Of a DNA stretch of 64,000 nt, positions 60,901 through 64,000 are shown piece after piece. Where the stretch lies: contig NIVC01000655.1 in NCBI GenBank assembly GCA_002269645.1, forward strand, positions 62,001 through 126,000, given 5' to 3'. Source of the DNA: Macrostomum lignano. Taxonomy: Eukaryota. The position numbers and the translations under genes are program-made. Each line of letters begins with the position of its first letter. The first letter of the stretch is position 1. The notes below the pieces were generated by a model that ran no database searches, was not told the origin of the DNA, and saw only the letters and a program-made list of their open reading frames with translations.

Positions 60901-62186
60901 ACGCTAATCGTTTAATTTTGTACTAATTCGTATGAATTGAACCTTTCTGTCTAGATAAGTGCAATTTCTGTCTAGATAAGTGCCATTTCTGTTCTAGATA
61001 AGTGCCATTTCTGTTCTAGATAAGTGCCATTTCTGTTCTAGATAAGTGCCATTTCTGTTCTAGATAAGTGCCATTTCTGTTCTAGATAAGTGCCATTTCT
61101 GTTCTAGATAAGTGCCATTTCTGTTCTAGATAAGTGCCATTTCTGTTCTAGATAAGTGCCATTTCTGTTCTAGATAAGTGCCATTTCTGTTCTAGATAAG
61201 TGCCATTTCTGTTCTAGATAAGTGCCATTTCTGTTCTAGATAAGTGCCATTTCTGTTCTAGATAAGTGCCATTTCTGTCTAGATAAGTGCCATTTCTATT
61301 CTAGATAAGTGCCATTTCTGTTCTAGATAAGTGCCATTTCTGTTCTAGATAAGTGCCATTTCTGTCTAGATAAGTGCCATTTCTATTCTAGATAAGTGCC
61401 ATTTCTGTCTAGATAAGTGCCATTTCTGTTCTAGATAAGTGCCATTTCTGTCTACATAAGTGCCATTTCTGTTCTAGATAAATGCCATTTCTGTCTAGAT
61501 AAGTGACATTTCTGTCTAGATAAGAGCCATTTCTGTCTAGATAAGTGCCATTTCTGTTCTAGATAAGTGCCATTTCTGTTCTAGATAAGTGCCATTTCTG
61601 TTCTAGATAAGTGCCATTTCTGTCTACATAAGTGCCATTTCTGTTCTAGATAAGTGCCATTTCTGTTCTAGATAAGTGCCATTTCTGTTCTAGATAAGTG
61701 TCATTTCTGTTCTAGATAAGTGCCATTTCTGTTCTAGATAAGTGCCATTTCTGTTCTAGATAAGTGCCATTTCTGTTCTAGATAAGTGCCATTTCTGTTC
61801 TAGATAAGTGCCATTTCTGTTCTAGATAAGTGCCATTTCTGTTCTAGATAAGTGCCATTTCTGTCTAGATAAGTGCCATTTCTATTCTAGATAAGTGCCA
61901 TTTCGGTCTAGATAAGTGCCATTTCTGTTCTAGATAAGTGCCATTTCTGTCTACATAAGTGCCATTTCTGTTCTAGATAAATGCAATTTCTGTCTAGATA
62001 AGTGCCATTTCTGTTCTAGATCAACTCGCAGTATTGGGACTGAGGTCATTAAAAATACTAACTAACCAACCGCCGCAGGTGAACCGGCCTCTCGCTCTTC
62101 GCAAAGACAGCATCAGGACGAGACAGAGGAAGCCAAAAAATCGCAGAACGACACCGGCGACACCTCAGCCAGTGATGGGCTTTTGA
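57981..62186 (+). CDS. GATA factor B: single-zinc-finger GATA4/5/6-like transcription factor, 5 coding exons
   Basis: Phase-compatible GT-AG exons 57981-58082, 58373-58769, 59685-59797, 60656-60874, 62079-62186. Finger [34 protein letters not shown] splices to [20 protein letters not shown]; TGA at 62184-62186. Confidence 0.85.
58837..59350. repeat. 21-bp intronic minisatellite CTGAAGTCCCACTATAGCAAC
   Basis: Direct reading of tandem units. Confidence 0.95.
60347..60610. repeat. 17-bp intronic minisatellite CTCACTCCATACATGA(C/A)
   Basis: Direct reading of tandem units. Confidence 0.93.
60947..62020 (+). repeat. 21/22-bp intronic minisatellite TCTAGATAAGTGCCATTTCTG(T), about 50 units, nearly all carrying AGATAA
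   Basis: Fills about 1075 of the 1204-bp intron 60875-62078; hand count about 46 AGATAA and 3 ACATAA variants. Confidence 0.97.
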
Positions 62187-62379
62187 AATGAATCTGATTT
62201 ATTAACAATGAATACTCCACGATAAATTTATTGAATTTATGACCCTGTTTACCGATTGATACATTTTAAATGTGCTCTACATGTACTGCATGTACAACAA
62301 CAATGGGAGGGCGCTACACTCGGTTTTCTTAGAAATAGGATTTTTCGTTACCGTTTTTGTCTATGGCAAAACCCCCAGT

Positions 62380-62513
62380 CAGCTGGGTGAACTGAAGCAA
62401 TGCAGAGGAGTAAACTGTCTTGCTCAAGGACACAAATTGTTCCGAGGGGGTCGAGAATCGAACCCCCGACCTTTCAGTCGTGAGTCAGACGCTCTGACCG
62501 CTAGGCCACAACC
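62380..62513 (-). mobile_element. tRNA-derived CORE-like SINE, copy 2 (3'-truncated)
   Basis: Reverse complement GGTTGTGGCCTAGCGGTCAGAGCGTCTGACTCACGACTGAAAGGTCGGGGGTTCGATTCTCG...GTGTCCTTGAGCAAGACAG...CTTCAGTTCACCCAGCTG closely matches copy 1. Confidence 0.85.
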
Positions 62514-63069
62514 TTATACAGAAATGTAGAATTACAATTTTTTATGTGCCATAAATTTTCAGCGATTTTGTAGCAAGAACTGGCCTTTGGTGTCAATATT
62601 TAACAATTAACTGATTCTGCTCACTGTTACATACCGGTACTGTCCATACAGAAAAGCAAAACTTCTCTCATTATTGTCAATGATTTCTTTAATAAATCAT
62701 TACTTTTTATTCTGCATTCACTTTGCTTGGTAATGCCATTTTCTGTTACTAACAGTAGTAATAAATGTTCCAAATTCTTCCAATATGGTTTAACTCATTT
62801 CCAGTTAGTCCCTAATCTTACTCACCAATATGACTTTTATCACTATTGTGTACACAACCTGCTGCAATCTCTGTGAATTGAAAGCCAAAACTGTAAAAAA
62901 ATCTCTATGTAATCTATTTTCATTATTGTTAGTAGTATCCAATGCATCATGCCCGTGTGCATACAACTTCCATGCCAAATAGTTTCATTATTACATACTG
63001 CCAAAAATATATTAAAAAAACAAGGTATGCAATGAAGACATTTTTTCGATTAGTAATTAAATGCTTGAA

Positions 63070-64000
63070 TAGTGTCACTGGATGCTGTCACTCTACATGT
63101 ACAGTGTCACTGGATGCTGTCACTCTACATGTACAGTGTCACTTGATGCTGTCACTACATGTACAGTGTCACTGGATGCTGTCACTCTACATGTACAGTG
63201 TCACTTGATGCTGTCACTCTACATGTACAGTGTCACTGGATGCTGTCACTCTACATGTACAGTGTCACTGGATGCTGTCACTCTTCACGTAAAGTGTCAC
63301 TGGATGCTGTCACTCTTCATGTACAGTGTCACTGGATGCTGTCACTCTTCATGTAAAGTGTCACTGGATGCTGTCACTCTTCATGTAAAGTGTCACTGGA
63401 TGCTGTCACTCTTCACGTAAAGTGTCACTGGATGCTGTCACTCTTCATGTACAGTGTCACTGGATGCTGTCACTCTTCATGTAAAGTGTCACTGGATGCT
63501 GTCACTCTTCATGTAAAGTGTCACTGGATGCTGTCACTCTTCACGTAAAGTGTCACTGGATGCTGTCACTCTTCATGTAAAGTGTCACTGGATGCTGTCA
63601 CTCTACATTTAGAGTGTCACTGGATGCTGTTACTACATGTACAGTCTCAATGGATGCTGTCACTCTTCATGTAAAGTGTCACTGGATGCTGTCACTCTAC
63701 ATGTAAAGTGTCACTGGATGCTGTCACTCTACATTTAGAGTGTCACTGGATGCTGTTACTACATGTACAGTCTCAATGGATGCTGTCACTCTTCATGTAA
63801 AGTGTCACTGGATGCTGTCACTCTACATTTAGAGTGTCACTGGATGCTGTTACTACATGTACAGTCTCAATGGATGCTGTCACTCTTCATGTAAAGTGTC
63901 ACTGGATGCTGTCACTCTACATTTAGAGTGTCACTGGATGCTGTTACTACATGTACAGTCTCAATGGATGCTGTCACTCTTCATGTAAAGTGTCACTGGA
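63070..64000. repeat. 32-bp minisatellite TGTACAGTGTCACTGGATGCTGTCACTCTACA, running off the window end
   Basis: Direct reading of tandem units. Confidence 0.95.

Overview
This is eukaryotic (metazoan) genomic DNA with GT-AG introns, GC-rich exons carrying poly-Q/A/G runs, and introns largely filled by unrelated minisatellites. That style suggests a free-living flatworm such as Macrostomum (inference only). Hand-splicing supports seven genes: (1) the 5' part of a large minus-strand gene resembling RNF213/mysterin, with a decayed piggyBac in one intron; (2) a Ly6/uPAR-type three-finger GPI-anchored protein; (3) a GT32 DXD glycosyltransferase; (4) a class A GPCR; (5) a two-finger GATA4/5/6 factor on the minus strand; (6) an uncharacterised multi-exon gene; (7) a divergently oriented single-finger GATA4/5/6-like factor with an atypical CX2CX18CX2C finger. 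Mobile DNA includes a hAT-type MITE with a perfect 8-bp TSD that carries a nested Ginger element lacking its catalytic core, two copies of a tRNA-headed CORE-like SINE, and a possible Helitron-like satellite carrier. The best candidate for a new system is the GATA pair: the intron splitting the DNA-binding domain of the second gene is about 50 tandem units carrying about 46 AGATAA sites, the homologous intron of the first gene carries AGATAG variants, and the first gene's 5' region has nine WGATAR sites. Most long ORFs in the six-frame track are artefacts of tandem repeats. All exon structures and counts were done by hand and no database search was run.
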